Notes: generated by a model not told the origin, from the letters alone. Positions 28,209-38,026 are shown, counted from the stretch's first letter. The stretch: DNA of 64,000 nucleotides from Marmoricola sp. (GCA_025965085.1 JAOPXP010000093.1:414-64413); one strand, 5' to 3'. Program-made: numbers and translations.

Positions 28209-29663
28209 ATGAACGAGAAGGAAACGCTGGACAAGGTTCCTACCGGCCTCTTCATCGGCGGCGAGTGGCGTGAGTCCTCCGATGGATCGACCATCGACGT
28301 GGAGGACCCGGCCACCGGCGAGGTCCTCACCAGGGTCGCGTCCGCGACCCCCGAGGACGGCAAGGCGGCGCTCGATGCCGCCGCGGCGGCACAGCACGGC
28401 TGGGCGGCCACGGCGCCGCGGGAGCGTGCCGAGCTCCTGCGTTCCGCGTTCGAGCTGATCACCGAGCGTGCCGACCACTTCGCGATGCTGATGACCCTGG
28501 AGATGGGCAAGCCCCTGGCCCAGTCGAAGGGCGAGGTGACCTACGGAGCCGAGTTCTTCCGGTGGTTCTCCGAGGAGGTCGTGCGCATCGCCGGCCGCTG
28601 GGCGACCTCGCCGGACGGCAGGACCCGGCTGATGACCATGAAGCAGCCGGTGGGTCCGGTGCTGATGATCACGCCCTGGAACTTCCCGCTCGCCATGGGA
28701 ACACGCAAGATCGGCCCGGCGATCGCCGCGGGCTGCACGATGGTCGTCAAGCCGGCCTCGCAGACCCCGCTCACGATGCTCGCGCTGGCCGACCTGCTGG
28801 ATGAGGTCGGTGTCCCGAAGGGCGTGCTCAACGTCATCTCGACCTCCCGGACCGGCGAGGTGATGGAGCCGTTGATCAGGGACCCGCGCCTGCGCAAGCT
28901 GACCTTCACCGGGTCGACGCCGGTCGGCAAGCAGCTCGTCAAGCAGTCCGCCGACCAGCTGCTGCGCGTGTCCATGGAGCTCGGCGGAAACGCCCCGTTC
29001 CTGGTCTTCGCCGACGCCGACCTCGACGCCGCCGTCGAGGGCGCGATGCTCGCGAAGATGCGCAACATGGGGGAGGCGTGCACAGCGGCCAACCGCTTCC
29101 TGGTCCACGAGTCGGTGGCCGACGAGTTCGCGCGGCGCTTCGCCGACCGGATGGCGGCGGAGAAGGTCGGGCGCGGCACCGAGGAGGGCGTCACCGTGGG
29201 TCCGCTCATCGACGCCAAGCAGCGCGACAAGGTCGCCGAGCTGGTGGAGGATGCGACGAGCCGGGGTGCCTCGGTCGTCACGGGTGGTTCGACCACCGGC
29301 GACAAGGGCTACTTCTTCCAGCCGACGGTGCTGACCGACGTGTCGCCCGAGGCCGAGCTCTTCCGCGAGGAGATCTTCGGTCCCGTCGCGCCCATCACCA
29401 CCTTCTCCGACGACGAGAAGGCGGTGCAGATGGCCAACGACACCGAGTACGGCCTGGTCGCCTACGCGTTCACCACCGACCTGGGCAGGATGATCCGGGT
29501 CAGCGAGGGGCTCGAGTTCGGGATGGTCGGCATCAACCAGGGCATCGTGTCCAACCCGGCTGCGCCCTTCGGTGGCGTCAAGCACTCCGGCTTCGGCCGC
29601 GAGGGGGGGCCGGAGGGGATCGAGGAGTACCTCTCGGTCAAGTACGTCGGTATCGCTCCCTGA
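28209..29663 (+). CDS. gabD: NAD(P)-dependent succinate-semialdehyde dehydrogenase
   Basis: 'ITPWNFPLAM', 'FTGST', 'MELGGNAPF', 'NMGEACTAAN', 'EEIFGP', 'PFGGVKHSG'. Confidence 0.85.
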   Translation: MNEKETLDKVPTGLFIGGEWRESSDGSTIDVEDPATGEVLTRVASATPEDGKAALDAAAAAQHGWAATAPRERAELLRSAFELITERADHFAMLMTLEMGKPLAQSKGEVTYGAEFFRWFSEEVVRIAGRWATSPDGRTRLMTMKQPVGPVLMITPWNFPLAMGTRKIGPAIAAGCTMVVKPASQTPLTMLALADLLDEVGVPKGVLNVISTSRTGEVMEPLIRDPRLRKLTFTGSTPVGKQLVKQSADQLLRVSMELGGNAPFLVFADADLDAAVEGAMLAKMRNMGEACTAANRFLVHESVADEFARRFADRMAAEKVGRGTEEGVTVGPLIDAKQRDKVAELVEDATSRGASVVTGGSTTGDKGYFFQPTVLTDVSPEAELFREEIFGPVAPITTFSDDEKAVQMANDTEYGLVAYAFTTDLGRMIRVSEGLEFGMVGINQGIVSNPAAPFGGVKHSGFGREGGPEGIEEYLSVKYVGIAP

Positions 29664-29669
29664 CCTGGG

Positions 29670-30218
29670 TCAGTGGACGAGGGGCGCCAGGTAGCGCCGG
29701 GCGTAGTCGCGCACCGCCGCCTCGTCGGTGACGTCGAGTCCTCCGCGAGGGTTGAGCAGGTAGGTCCAGGAGACGCGGAGCATCAGCTCGGCGACGGTGT
29801 GCAGCTCGTCGGCGGGCATCGTCGCGCCGCTTCGGCGCAGCGTGCCGGCGACGCGGTCGGCCGAGCCGAGCACGAGGGTGCTCTGCGAGGCGGCACCCGC
29901 CGCGGTCACCACGTCGGGTTCGCTCTCCGCGAGCCGGGCGAGCAGCGGGATCTCGCGGGTCAGGGCCAGGCCGCGGGTGAAGCACTCGACCACCGCCTCG
30001 CGTGGCGGCAGGTCGGCTGCGACCCGGTCGAGCTCGGTCAGGAAGGCGTCGAACTGGCGCAGCAGCACCGCCTCGAGCAGCGCCTCCTTGTTGGGGTACG
30101 CGCGGTAGAGCGTGCTGCGACTGATACCGGCGGTCCGCGCCACGTCCTCCACGTTGGCGCGGCGGGCGCCGTACTGTTCGAAGACCTGCTGGGCGGCATC
30201 GAGGATCGCGACGGTCAC
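29670..30218 (-). CDS. TetR/AcrR family regulator
   Basis: 'ILDAAQQVF...VEDVARTAGISRSTLYRAYPNKEAL'; overlaps the P450 stop. Confidence 0.9.
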   Translation of the reverse strand: MTVAILDAAQQVFEQYGARRANVEDVARTAGISRSTLYRAYPNKEALLEAVLLRQFDAFLTELDRVAADLPPREAVVECFTRGLALTREIPLLARLAESEPDVVTAAGAASQSTLVLGSADRVAGTLRRSGATMPADELHTVAELMLRVSWTYLLNPRGGLDVTDEAAVRDYARRYLAPLVH

Positions 30219-31549
30219 GGGGTGAGTCTCTCCAGGGTGACCGGCACCCCGTCACGCGGATAGGGAAGCGCGGTCAGGTCGATCGGCCACCGGTAGCCCT
30301 CCGGCACCGACCACCGGTAGGTCAGGAGCAGCTCGTGCAGGACCGCGCGCACCTGCATCGCGGCGAAGTGCAGGCCGATGCACTTGTGCACGCCGGCGCC
30401 GAACGGCTCGAACGCCAGTCGGTGCGACCGGTCCTCGCGACGGTCCGGCGCGAAGCGGTCGGGGTCGAAGTGCGTGGGGTCTGGCCACAGCTCGGGCAGG
30501 TAGTGGTTCATGTACGGCGACACGGTCACGAACGAGCCGGCCGGGACGTGGAACCCCGCGATCTCCGTGTCGCGCACCGCCACCCGGGGGAGGGTGGGGA
30601 CCGGTGAGCAGAGCCGCATCGACTCCTTCATCACGCGGTCGAGGACATCCAGCCGGAGGATGCCGTCGTAGTCCACGTCTCCGGCTGCGACGGACTCCTC
30701 ACGGGCGCGGTCCTGCCACTCCGGGTGGGTGGCCAGGTGGTAGGCCATCGAGCTCAGGGTGATGGTCGTGGTGTCGTGCGCGGCCATCAGCAGGAAGATC
30801 ATGTGGTTGACGATGTCGTCGTCACTGAACTCGTGGCCGTCCTCGCTGCGTGCGCGGCACAGCTGGGCGAAGAGGTCGCTGCCACCGTCGCGTCGCTTGG
30901 CCGGCAGGTGTGAGCGGAAGAAGTCCTCGAGGAAGGCTCGCGCCTGCAGTCCCCTGGCCCACGGGGTCCCTGGGACGGCCCTGCGGATCAGCGCCGTCCC
31001 GGCGCGCACCGCCGCGACGAACGCCTTGTTCACCTGACGCTGTTCCTCCACGGTCAGCTCGACGCCGACGAAGGTCTCGAGCGCGAGGTCGAGGGTCAGC
31101 GCCTTGAACAGGTGGTGCAGACGCGGGCTCTCGACCCCCTCCCACTCCACGAGGTTGCGCCGGATGTGCGGCGACATCACGGAGTGGTAGCTGCGGAGCG
31201 CGTCGTTGGTGAAGGCGTGCTGCAGGATCCGGCGGTGGTGCAGGTGCTCGTCGAAGTCGAGCAGCATGATCCCACGGTGGAAGAACGGGCCGATGAAGTG
31301 CGACCACGCGGGCCCGTTGGCGAAGGTGCGGTCACGGTTCACGAGCACCTGCTCGGCCATGTCGGCCCCCGCGGTCACGTAGAGCCGGGTCCCGAAGGCG
31401 TTGATCCGGTAGACGTCGCCGTACGCCTCCCGGAGGAAGCGGTTGTGCCCGATGGGGTTCGTGCGCAGCTGCAGCAGGTGGGGAACGCCCAGCACCGGAC
31501 CGCGCACCTTCTTCAGCCCCGCGGGTGTCGTCGTGACGGCCACCGGCAT
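30215..31549 (-). CDS. Cytochrome P450 (CYP136-like)
   Basis: I-helix 'AAHDTT', ExxR 'ESMR', heme ligand 'FGAGVHKCIG'; start could be 31558. Confidence 0.93.
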   Translation of the reverse strand: MPVAVTTTPAGLKKVRGPVLGVPHLLQLRTNPIGHNRFLREAYGDVYRINAFGTRLYVTAGADMAEQVLVNRDRTFANGPAWSHFIGPFFHRGIMLLDFDEHLHHRRILQHAFTNDALRSYHSVMSPHIRRNLVEWEGVESPRLHHLFKALTLDLALETFVGVELTVEEQRQVNKAFVAAVRAGTALIRRAVPGTPWARGLQARAFLEDFFRSHLPAKRRDGGSDLFAQLCRARSEDGHEFSDDDIVNHMIFLLMAAHDTTTITLSSMAYHLATHPEWQDRAREESVAAGDVDYDGILRLDVLDRVMKESMRLCSPVPTLPRVAVRDTEIAGFHVPAGSFVTVSPYMNHYLPELWPDPTHFDPDRFAPDRREDRSHRLAFEPFGAGVHKCIGLHFAAMQVRAVLHELLLTYRWSVPEGYRWPIDLTALPYPRDGVPVTLERLTP

Positions 31550-31566
31550 CCTTCCCATTGGAATGA

Positions 31567-31584
31567 TGAGACAATTCTGTTTCA
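31567..31584. promoter_or_regulatory. TetR-type operator-like dyad in the short divergent promoter
   Basis: TGAGACAATTCTGTTTCA, imperfect palindrome (TGA.ACA..TGT.TCA). Confidence 0.6.
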
Positions 31585-31594
31585 ATGTATCACC

Positions 31595-32470
31595 ATGGAG
31601 ACCCACGAGCGAGACCCCGCCGATCGAGGGGGAGAGCACCCCCCGGGCCTTCCCTTGGGCCCGGACTCGCTGATCTGGCGGTACTTCGGCGACCACCGGA
31701 TGGCCCTGCTCGGCCCGCGCGCCGCCGTGCTGCAGAACATGCTCCCGGCGCTCGGGCAGGGCGTGGAGGACCACTCGGTCTGGTTCGCCGAGACCCTGGC
31801 GCGGCTTCAGCGCAGCATTCCGCCGATCTTCGACACCGTCTACGGCGTCGAACCGGAGTCCAGCGGGCACGAGGTACGCGACTTCCACCGCACGATCAAG
31901 GGACGGCTGCCGGACGGATCGCCGTACAGCGCGCTGAACCCGGACACCTTCTACTGGGCCCACGCCTGCTTCGTCGAGCACCTCATCACCGCGACGGACA
32001 CCTTCATCAAGCGACTCAGCCGCGCGGAGAAGGAGCAGGTCTTCGCGGAGTCGATCACCTGGTACGGGCGCTACGGCGTGAGCTCCCGCGGGACACCGAG
32101 GACGTACGCCGAGTTCGAGTCCTACTTCGCGCAAGCTCTCGAGGAGCGGCTGGTCGCCCACCGGACCGCGGCGTACGGCGTGGGCTACGCGACCAAGGGC
32201 TGGCCGCGCCCGAGACGGATCCCCGCACCCGTGTGGTGGCTGGTGAGGCGGCCAGTCAACGCGGTCAGCTCCTCCCTCACCATCGGCGGCATGCCCCCCC
32301 GCGGACGCGAGATCCTCGGCCTCCCGTGGGACACGACCCGCGAACGGCGCTACCAGCGATTCGCCCGCCTCAGCCGCGGGCTGGACGGCGCCTACCGCCG
32401 GTTGCCCGGCAGGCTCCGCGTGCATGTCATCCCGTTGCGCGCGTACCTGCGCGAGGGCCGGTCCGCCTGA
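31595..32470 (+). CDS. MpaB/rubber-oxygenase-like (DUF2236) protein
   Basis: 'LGPDSLIWRYFGD', 'LQNMLPALGQGVEDHS', 'YSALNPDTFYWAHA'. Confidence 0.85.
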   Translation: METHERDPADRGGEHPPGLPLGPDSLIWRYFGDHRMALLGPRAAVLQNMLPALGQGVEDHSVWFAETLARLQRSIPPIFDTVYGVEPESSGHEVRDFHRTIKGRLPDGSPYSALNPDTFYWAHACFVEHLITATDTFIKRLSRAEKEQVFAESITWYGRYGVSSRGTPRTYAEFESYFAQALEERLVAHRTAAYGVGYATKGWPRPRRIPAPVWWLVRRPVNAVSSSLTIGGMPPRGREILGLPWDTTRERRYQRFARLSRGLDGAYRRLPGRLRVHVIPLRAYLREGRSA

Positions 32471-32485
32471 GCGCCCCGTCGGCCG

Positions 32486-34102
32486 TCAGTCGGTGCGGTA
32501 GATCTGCAGGTCGCAGCCGGCCATGCCGCCGCCGAGGTAGTCCAGCGACTGGCGTACCGAGCGCACGATGTCGACCACCTCGACTCCGGAGCGACTCGGC
32601 GTGGGCACATGCGTGTAGGACCTGAGAAGCGTGAAGCTCCGGCCCACCGCAGCGTAGAACGCGCGTTCCTGGGGGTGTCCCGGCTCCCGGAGGTAGCGGT
32701 TGTAGGTGCAGCTGCTGAGCACCAGGTAGCGCACGTGCCGGGACACTGGCCGGAGGCGGCCGTCGACCGTCTCGAAGTCGTCGAAGACTGTCCTCGTCGA
32801 ATCCGGACGCAACGGCGAGTAGCCCTCGTACGACGCGTCCGCTGCGGTGATCCCCTGCTGCGCGAGGTAGGAGCGCGCCTCCAGGCGCGTGTCCGGCGCC
32901 GCCAGGGTGCTGTCGCGGGCGATCGCGGCCGCCAACAGGTTCGCCACGACCAGGGTGCCGACCACCCAGGCCACGGGTGTGCGCCAGCGCTGCGCGCCCG
33001 CCCACTCGTAGGCGTGCAGGAGACCGATCGGCGCCAGGAACAGCGGGGCGATGAACATGGGTATGCCCCAGCGGTCCCAGTGCAGCGGCACGGCGCTGAG
33101 CACGACCCAGTAGACGACACCGAGGGCGAGCGGGACGGCCTCCAGCATGCGGTGGCGCACGGTCGCGACGACCCCGACCAGGCACGCGAGCGAGAGCAGC
33201 AGGCCTGCGTCGGTGAAGAAGTTGCCGGCGTAGAAGACGAGGTTGCCGAGATAGCCGAGACCGTCCGCGCCCGGATGGTTCGCGCCCGACTGCTCGGTGA
33301 GCTGCTCGCGCACGGCCGCGAAGTCGGTGAACAGGACCGGCGAGACGACGAAGAGGAACCCGATCACCGCGGCGAGCGCGACCGGACCGTGTGTGAGGAC
33401 CCTGCGAAGCCGGTGCTCGCGAGCGGCCGCGACCACCACGACCACGGCGATCATCAGCGTCGCCACCAGCGCGGGGTACTTGATGGCCGTGCCCACCGAC
33501 GTCGCTGCGCAGGCCACGAGCAGGGGAGCCAGCCCGGGCCGGGACAGGTAGTGCATCAGTGCGAGCACGACGACCATCAGCATGCAGGTGAGGGGAATGT
33601 CCGGCGTCGCGTAGTGCGCGTCGCGCACCAGCAGCGACGTCAGCGCGAAGAGGAGTGCGGCCATGGCGCCGACGCGGCGGTCGAAGCGGCGACCGATGAG
33701 GTACGCGAGGACGATGGTGGCGATGCCGAACGCCGCCGTGACGGCCCGCGAGATGAGCAGGAACGTGCCCGGGCTGGCGGCGTACGCCTGCTCGACGCCG
33801 GTGTGCGCGAACAGGTGGGAGTACAGCTCGTAGGCGAGGTAGCTGAGCTGGATCTCCACGTGGTCGGGGCGCATGAAGTACTTCGGCTCGAAGGAGTTCC
33901 GCTGCGCCAGGTCCAGCGCTCCCTTCACGATGATGGGCTCGTCAGGGTGCAGGCCGACCGGCAGTCCCCACGTCAGGCCGACGACGCGCAGGGCGCTGCC
34001 CACGACGAGGGAGGCCACGAACACGACCGTCACGAGGTCCGGGCGTGAACCGACCCATCCCCGCACACGAGCGAGGAGCGGGACGTGGGCCGGCGCACTC
34101 AT
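32486..34102 (-). CDS. Polyprenyl-phosphate-dependent glycosyltransferase (GT-C, ArnT/PMT-like)
   Basis: Many TM helices; 'GLHPDEP', 'HYATPDIP', 'KYPA'. Confidence 0.82.
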   Translation of the reverse strand: MSAPAHVPLLARVRGWVGSRPDLVTVVFVASLVVGSALRVVGLTWGLPVGLHPDEPIIVKGALDLAQRNSFEPKYFMRPDHVEIQLSYLAYELYSHLFAHTGVEQAYAASPGTFLLISRAVTAAFGIATIVLAYLIGRRFDRRVGAMAALLFALTSLLVRDAHYATPDIPLTCMLMVVVLALMHYLSRPGLAPLLVACAATSVGTAIKYPALVATLMIAVVVVVAAAREHRLRRVLTHGPVALAAVIGFLFVVSPVLFTDFAAVREQLTEQSGANHPGADGLGYLGNLVFYAGNFFTDAGLLLSLACLVGVVATVRHRMLEAVPLALGVVYWVVLSAVPLHWDRWGIPMFIAPLFLAPIGLLHAYEWAGAQRWRTPVAWVVGTLVVANLLAAAIARDSTLAAPDTRLEARSYLAQQGITAADASYEGYSPLRPDSTRTVFDDFETVDGRLRPVSRHVRYLVLSSCTYNRYLREPGHPQERAFYAAVGRSFTLLRSYTHVPTPSRSGVEVVDIVRSVRQSLDYLGGGMAGCDLQIYRTD

Positions 34103-34192
34103 GGGGTCGCAGGGTGGCGGTCGGTGCTCTGGAGGACGGCGACCCGGCCGACTGCGGCCGGTCCGCGACGCGGGGCCATGTAGAAAGATCCC

Positions 34193-35362
34193 ATGGCTGA
34201 CCGCTCACCTCTTGGATTGCTCGACACCGACTCGCTGGTCAACGAGGAGGACGCCGCGATCCAGCAGACCGTGCGCCGCTTCGTCGACGAGCGCATCCGA
34301 CCTGACATCGCCGAGTGGTACGAGAACGGCAGCACTCCCGTCCGAGAGCTGGCCCGCGAGCTCGGCTCGATCGGCGCGCTGGGGATGCACCTCGAGGGCC
34401 ATGGCTGCGCAGGCACGAGTACGACGGCCTACGGGCTGGCCTGTCTCGAGGTGGAGGCCGGCGACTCCGGCATCCGTTCGCTGATGTCCGTGCAGGGCAG
34501 CCTGGCGATGTTCGCGATCCATGCCCACGGGTCGGAGGAGCAGAAGCAGCAGTGGCTGCCCGAGATGGCGAAGGGGGAGAAGATCGGGTGCTTCGGGCTG
34601 ACCGAGCCCGACTTCGGCTCCAACCCGGCCGGCATGCGCACGCGCGCCCGGAGGGACGGGTCCGACTGGATCCTGGACGGCAACAAGATGTGGATCACCA
34701 ACGGCTCGGTCGCCGACGTCGCGGTCGTGTGGGCCCACACCGACGACGGCATCCGCGGGTTCGTCGTACCCACCGACACCGTGGGCTTCTCCGCCCCCGA
34801 GATCAAGCACAAGATGTCGATGCGGGCCTCGGTCACCAGCGAGCTCGTGCTCGACGGCGTACGGCTCCCGGCCGAGGCCATGCTGCCGGAGGCGAAGGGG
34901 CTGCGCGGCCCGCTGAGCTGCCTGACCGAGGCGCGGTTCGGCATCATCTTCGGCTCCATCGGTGCGGCACGTGACTGCCTGGAGGCCACGCTTCGCTACG
35001 CGGCGGAGCGTCAGATCTTCGACAAGCCCCTCGGCGGCTTCCAGATCACCCAGGCCAAGCTCGCCGACATGACGGTCGAGCTGGGCAAGTCCATGCTGCT
35101 CGCGCTGCACCTGGGCCGGCTCAAGGACGAGGGCCGGATCACTGCTGAGCAGGTCAGCTTCGGCAAGCTCAACAACATCCGCGAGGCCATCAAGATCGCC
35201 CGCGAGTGCCGCACGATCATGGGCGCGGCGGGCATCACGCTCGAGTGGCCGATGATGCGGCACGCCAACAACCTCGAGTCGGTGCTCACCTACGAGGGCA
35301 CCACCGAGGTCCACCAGCTCGTGATCGGCAAGGCGCTCACCGGGCAGGACGCGTTCCGTTAG
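34193..35362 (+). CDS. Acyl-CoA dehydrogenase (glutaryl-CoA dehydrogenase-like)
   Basis: 'GCFGLTEPDFGSNP', 'KMWITNG', 'TYEGTTEVH'. Confidence 0.9.
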   Translation: MADRSPLGLLDTDSLVNEEDAAIQQTVRRFVDERIRPDIAEWYENGSTPVRELARELGSIGALGMHLEGHGCAGTSTTAYGLACLEVEAGDSGIRSLMSVQGSLAMFAIHAHGSEEQKQQWLPEMAKGEKIGCFGLTEPDFGSNPAGMRTRARRDGSDWILDGNKMWITNGSVADVAVVWAHTDDGIRGFVVPTDTVGFSAPEIKHKMSMRASVTSELVLDGVRLPAEAMLPEAKGLRGPLSCLTEARFGIIFGSIGAARDCLEATLRYAAERQIFDKPLGGFQITQAKLADMTVELGKSMLLALHLGRLKDEGRITAEQVSFGKLNNIREAIKIARECRTIMGAAGITLEWPMMRHANNLESVLTYEGTTEVHQLVIGKALTGQDAFR

Positions 35363-35429
35363 GCAGCGAGGAGTCCGAGGTCACACGGCCGACAGGCGCC
35401 AGGATTCGGGCCAAACGGGTCGCGTGCCC

Positions 35430-35577
35430 TACAGTGGAGCCACAAGGATCGTCCAGTCTCGCCTCGATCCTGATGCGTGTTGCAGCATCTGCGCCCATCA
35501 CTGGGAACCAATGCTCCACGACGCCCGATCTTCTCGACGACACTCAATCGTCACGGCTGTGGTGAGACATCCACACA
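35430..35577 (+). promoter_or_regulatory. Candidate -10 (TACAGT) and structured ~135-nt 5' leader of the DEAD-box helicase
   Basis: TACAGT at 35430-35435; hairpins GGATCG/CGATCC, GATGC/GCATC and TGTGG/CCACA. Confidence 0.45.
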
Positions 35578-37017
35578 GTGAGTGAATCCCCCTTGTCCAC
35601 TGCTTTCATCGAGCTCGGCGTCCCCGCCGACCTCTCCGACGTCCTGGCCGCCCAGGGCATCACCGAACCCACCCCCATCCAAGCTGCCACGCTGCCCGAC
35701 TCGGTCGCCGGTCGTGACGTCCTCGGCCGCGGCCGCACCGGCTCCGGCAAGACCCTCGCGTTCCTGCTGCCGCTGATCGCGCGCCTGGACAAGTCCAAGG
35801 CCCGTCGTACGCCGAAGCGCCCCCGTGCGCTGATCCTGGCGCCGACCCGTGAGCTGGTCACCCAGATCGCGGCGGCTCTCGAGCCCCTCGCGCAGGTCCA
35901 CGGCTTCAAGACCCGCACCGTCTTCGGTGGTGTCGGCCAGGGACCGCAGGTCCAGGCACTCCGTGCAGGGGTCGACATCCTCATCGCCTGCCCCGGTCGT
36001 CTCGAGGACCTGATCCAGCAGGGTGCCTGCGACCTGGGCGCCGTCGAGGTCACGATCCTCGACGAGGCCGACCACATGGCCGACCTCGGCTTCCTCCCGG
36101 CCGTACGCCGCCTGCTCGACCAGACGCCCAAGAGCGGTCAGCGCATGCTGTTCTCGGCCACGCTGGACGCGGGCGTCAACGTCCTCGTGAAGCGCTTCCT
36201 GGTCGACCCGGCGACCCACGAGGCCGACTCGGCACAGTCGCCGGTCGCCAAGATGGACCACCACGTGCTGCACGTGCACCGCGACCACCGGGTGGCCGTG
36301 CTGGTCGACCTGACCAGCGCACCGGGCCGCACGATGGTCTTCACCCGCACCAAGCACGGCGCCAAGGCACTCGCCCGCCAGCTCAACGCCCGCGGCGTGC
36401 CCACGGTCGAGCTGCACGGCAACCTCGCCCAGAACGCCCGTACCCGCAACATGGAGGCGTTCCAGTCGGGCAAGGCGACCACGCTGGTCGCCACCGACAT
36501 CGCTGCCCGCGGCATCCACGTCGACGACGTGGCCCTCGTGGTCCACGCCGACCCGCCCGCCGAGCACAAGGCCTACCTGCACCGCTCGGGCCGTACGGCT
36601 CGCGCGGGTGCCGCCGGCACGGTCATCACGTTGATGACCGACCAGCAGGTCAAGGACGTGCGGTCGCTGACCCGCGCGGCCGGCATCAACCCGACCATGA
36701 CCAAGGTCTCCGGCCCCGACCACGCGATGCTGCGCCAGCTCGCTCCCGGCGAGCGCGTTCTCGTCGCGGGTGGTCTGCCCGACGAGCGTCCCGCCCAGTC
36801 GAACAACGGTGGGGGTGGCGGCGGACGTCGTCGCAGCAGTGGCGGCCGCTCGCAGGGTGGCGGTCGCTCGCAGGGGCAGTCGTCACAGGGCCAGTCGCGG
36901 TCCGGAGGCCAGGGCGGACGCTCCGGCGGCCGTCGTGGCGGCTCGGGTGCGGCCACGACCACCTCCTCCGGGGGCACCCACAGCGCGGCCGACTTCAGCC
37001 GTCGCCGGGGTCGCTGA
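35578..37017 (+). CDS. DEAD-box RNA helicase
   Basis: Q-motif 'PTPIQ', 'GRTGSGKT', 'DEAD', 'SAT', 'HRSGRTAR'; Gly/Arg/Ser-rich tail. Confidence 0.95.
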   Translation: MSESPLSTAFIELGVPADLSDVLAAQGITEPTPIQAATLPDSVAGRDVLGRGRTGSGKTLAFLLPLIARLDKSKARRTPKRPRALILAPTRELVTQIAAALEPLAQVHGFKTRTVFGGVGQGPQVQALRAGVDILIACPGRLEDLIQQGACDLGAVEVTILDEADHMADLGFLPAVRRLLDQTPKSGQRMLFSATLDAGVNVLVKRFLVDPATHEADSAQSPVAKMDHHVLHVHRDHRVAVLVDLTSAPGRTMVFTRTKHGAKALARQLNARGVPTVELHGNLAQNARTRNMEAFQSGKATTLVATDIAARGIHVDDVALVVHADPPAEHKAYLHRSGRTARAGAAGTVITLMTDQQVKDVRSLTRAAGINPTMTKVSGPDHAMLRQLAPGERVLVAGGLPDERPAQSNNGGGGGGRRRSSGGRSQGGGRSQGQSSQGQSRSGGQGGRSGGRRGGSGAATTTSSGGTHSAADFSRRRGR

Positions 37018-37030
37018 CCCCTCACGATCT

Positions 37031-37095
37031 CGCCGGGGCGGCTCTGCTGTCCGACGCTCTCGCCGGCGTTCGGACCTGCGGGCCGCCTCGGCGCT
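37031..37095 (+). terminator. Long GC-rich hairpin after the helicase gene
   Basis: CGCCGGGGCGGCTC...GGGCCGCCTCGGCG outer stem with an inner GTCCGA/TCGGAC stem; no U-tract. Confidence 0.55.
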
Positions 37096-37120
37096 CTCAT
37101 GCCCGTGGCAGGCTGGGGCC

Positions 37121-38026
37121 ATGCAGGTCCTGACCCCGCGTGACGTGCCGCTCGGCGGCCTGCGTGCGATGACCGTGCGGCGTACGCTCCCGCAGCGCCA
37201 GCGCTCCCTCATCGGCGCCTGGTGCTTCCTGGACCACTACGGCCCCGACGACGTCCGGGGTTCGGGCGGCATGGTCGTCCCGCCCCACCCGCACACCGGT
37301 CTGCAGACGGTCAGCTGGCTGTTCACCGGGGAGATCGAGCACCGTGACTCCGCCGGGCACCATGCCACCGTCCGCCCCGGCGAGCTGAACCTGATGACCG
37401 CGGGTCGTGGCATCAGCCACAGTGAGTACTCCACTCCCGGGACCACGACCCTGCACGGCGCCCAGCTCTGGCTCGCCCTGCCCGACGGGGACCGCCAGGT
37501 CGACCCGACGTTCGAGCACCACGCGCCCGAGCCGGTAGGCGGCGACGGCTGGGAGGCGCGGGTCTTCATCGGTTCGCTGCTCGGCTCCACCTCGCCCGTG
37601 AAGACCTACAGCCCGCTCCTCGGTGCGGAGCTGACCTTGCAGGCCGGTACGACGCTCAGCGTCCCGGTCGACCCGTCGTACGAGCTGGGCGTGCTCGTCG
37701 ACCACGGAGACCTCACCGTGGACGACGAGCAACTGGCCGCGCACGCGCTCGGGTTCTGGACCACCGGGCAGGAATGCCTGGAGCTGACCGCCCGCGAGGA
37801 GACGCGCCTGCTCGTGCTCGGAGGGCCGCCGTTCGGCGAGAAGATCGTCATGTGGTGGAACTACATCGGTCGCGACCACGACGAGGTCGTCGCCTACCGC
37901 GCCGACTGGGAGGCACTCCTGGACCGAGGGAGGAGTGACCGTTTCCAGCTCCCCGAGGACGACCCCCTCGAGCCCCTCCACTCCCCGCCGCTGCCCAACG
38001 CGCGCATGGTCCAACGCGGCCCGTAG
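37121..38026 (+). CDS. Pirin family protein
   Basis: 'PHPHTGLQTVSWL', 'HRDS', 'MTAGRGISHSE', 'QLW'. Confidence 0.92.
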   Translation: MQVLTPRDVPLGGLRAMTVRRTLPQRQRSLIGAWCFLDHYGPDDVRGSGGMVVPPHPHTGLQTVSWLFTGEIEHRDSAGHHATVRPGELNLMTAGRGISHSEYSTPGTTTLHGAQLWLALPDGDRQVDPTFEHHAPEPVGGDGWEARVFIGSLLGSTSPVKTYSPLLGAELTLQAGTTLSVPVDPSYELGVLVDHGDLTVDDEQLAAHALGFWTTGQECLELTAREETRLLVLGGPPFGEKIVMWWNYIGRDHDEVVAYRADWEALLDRGRSDRFQLPEDDPLEPLHSPPLPNARMVQRGP

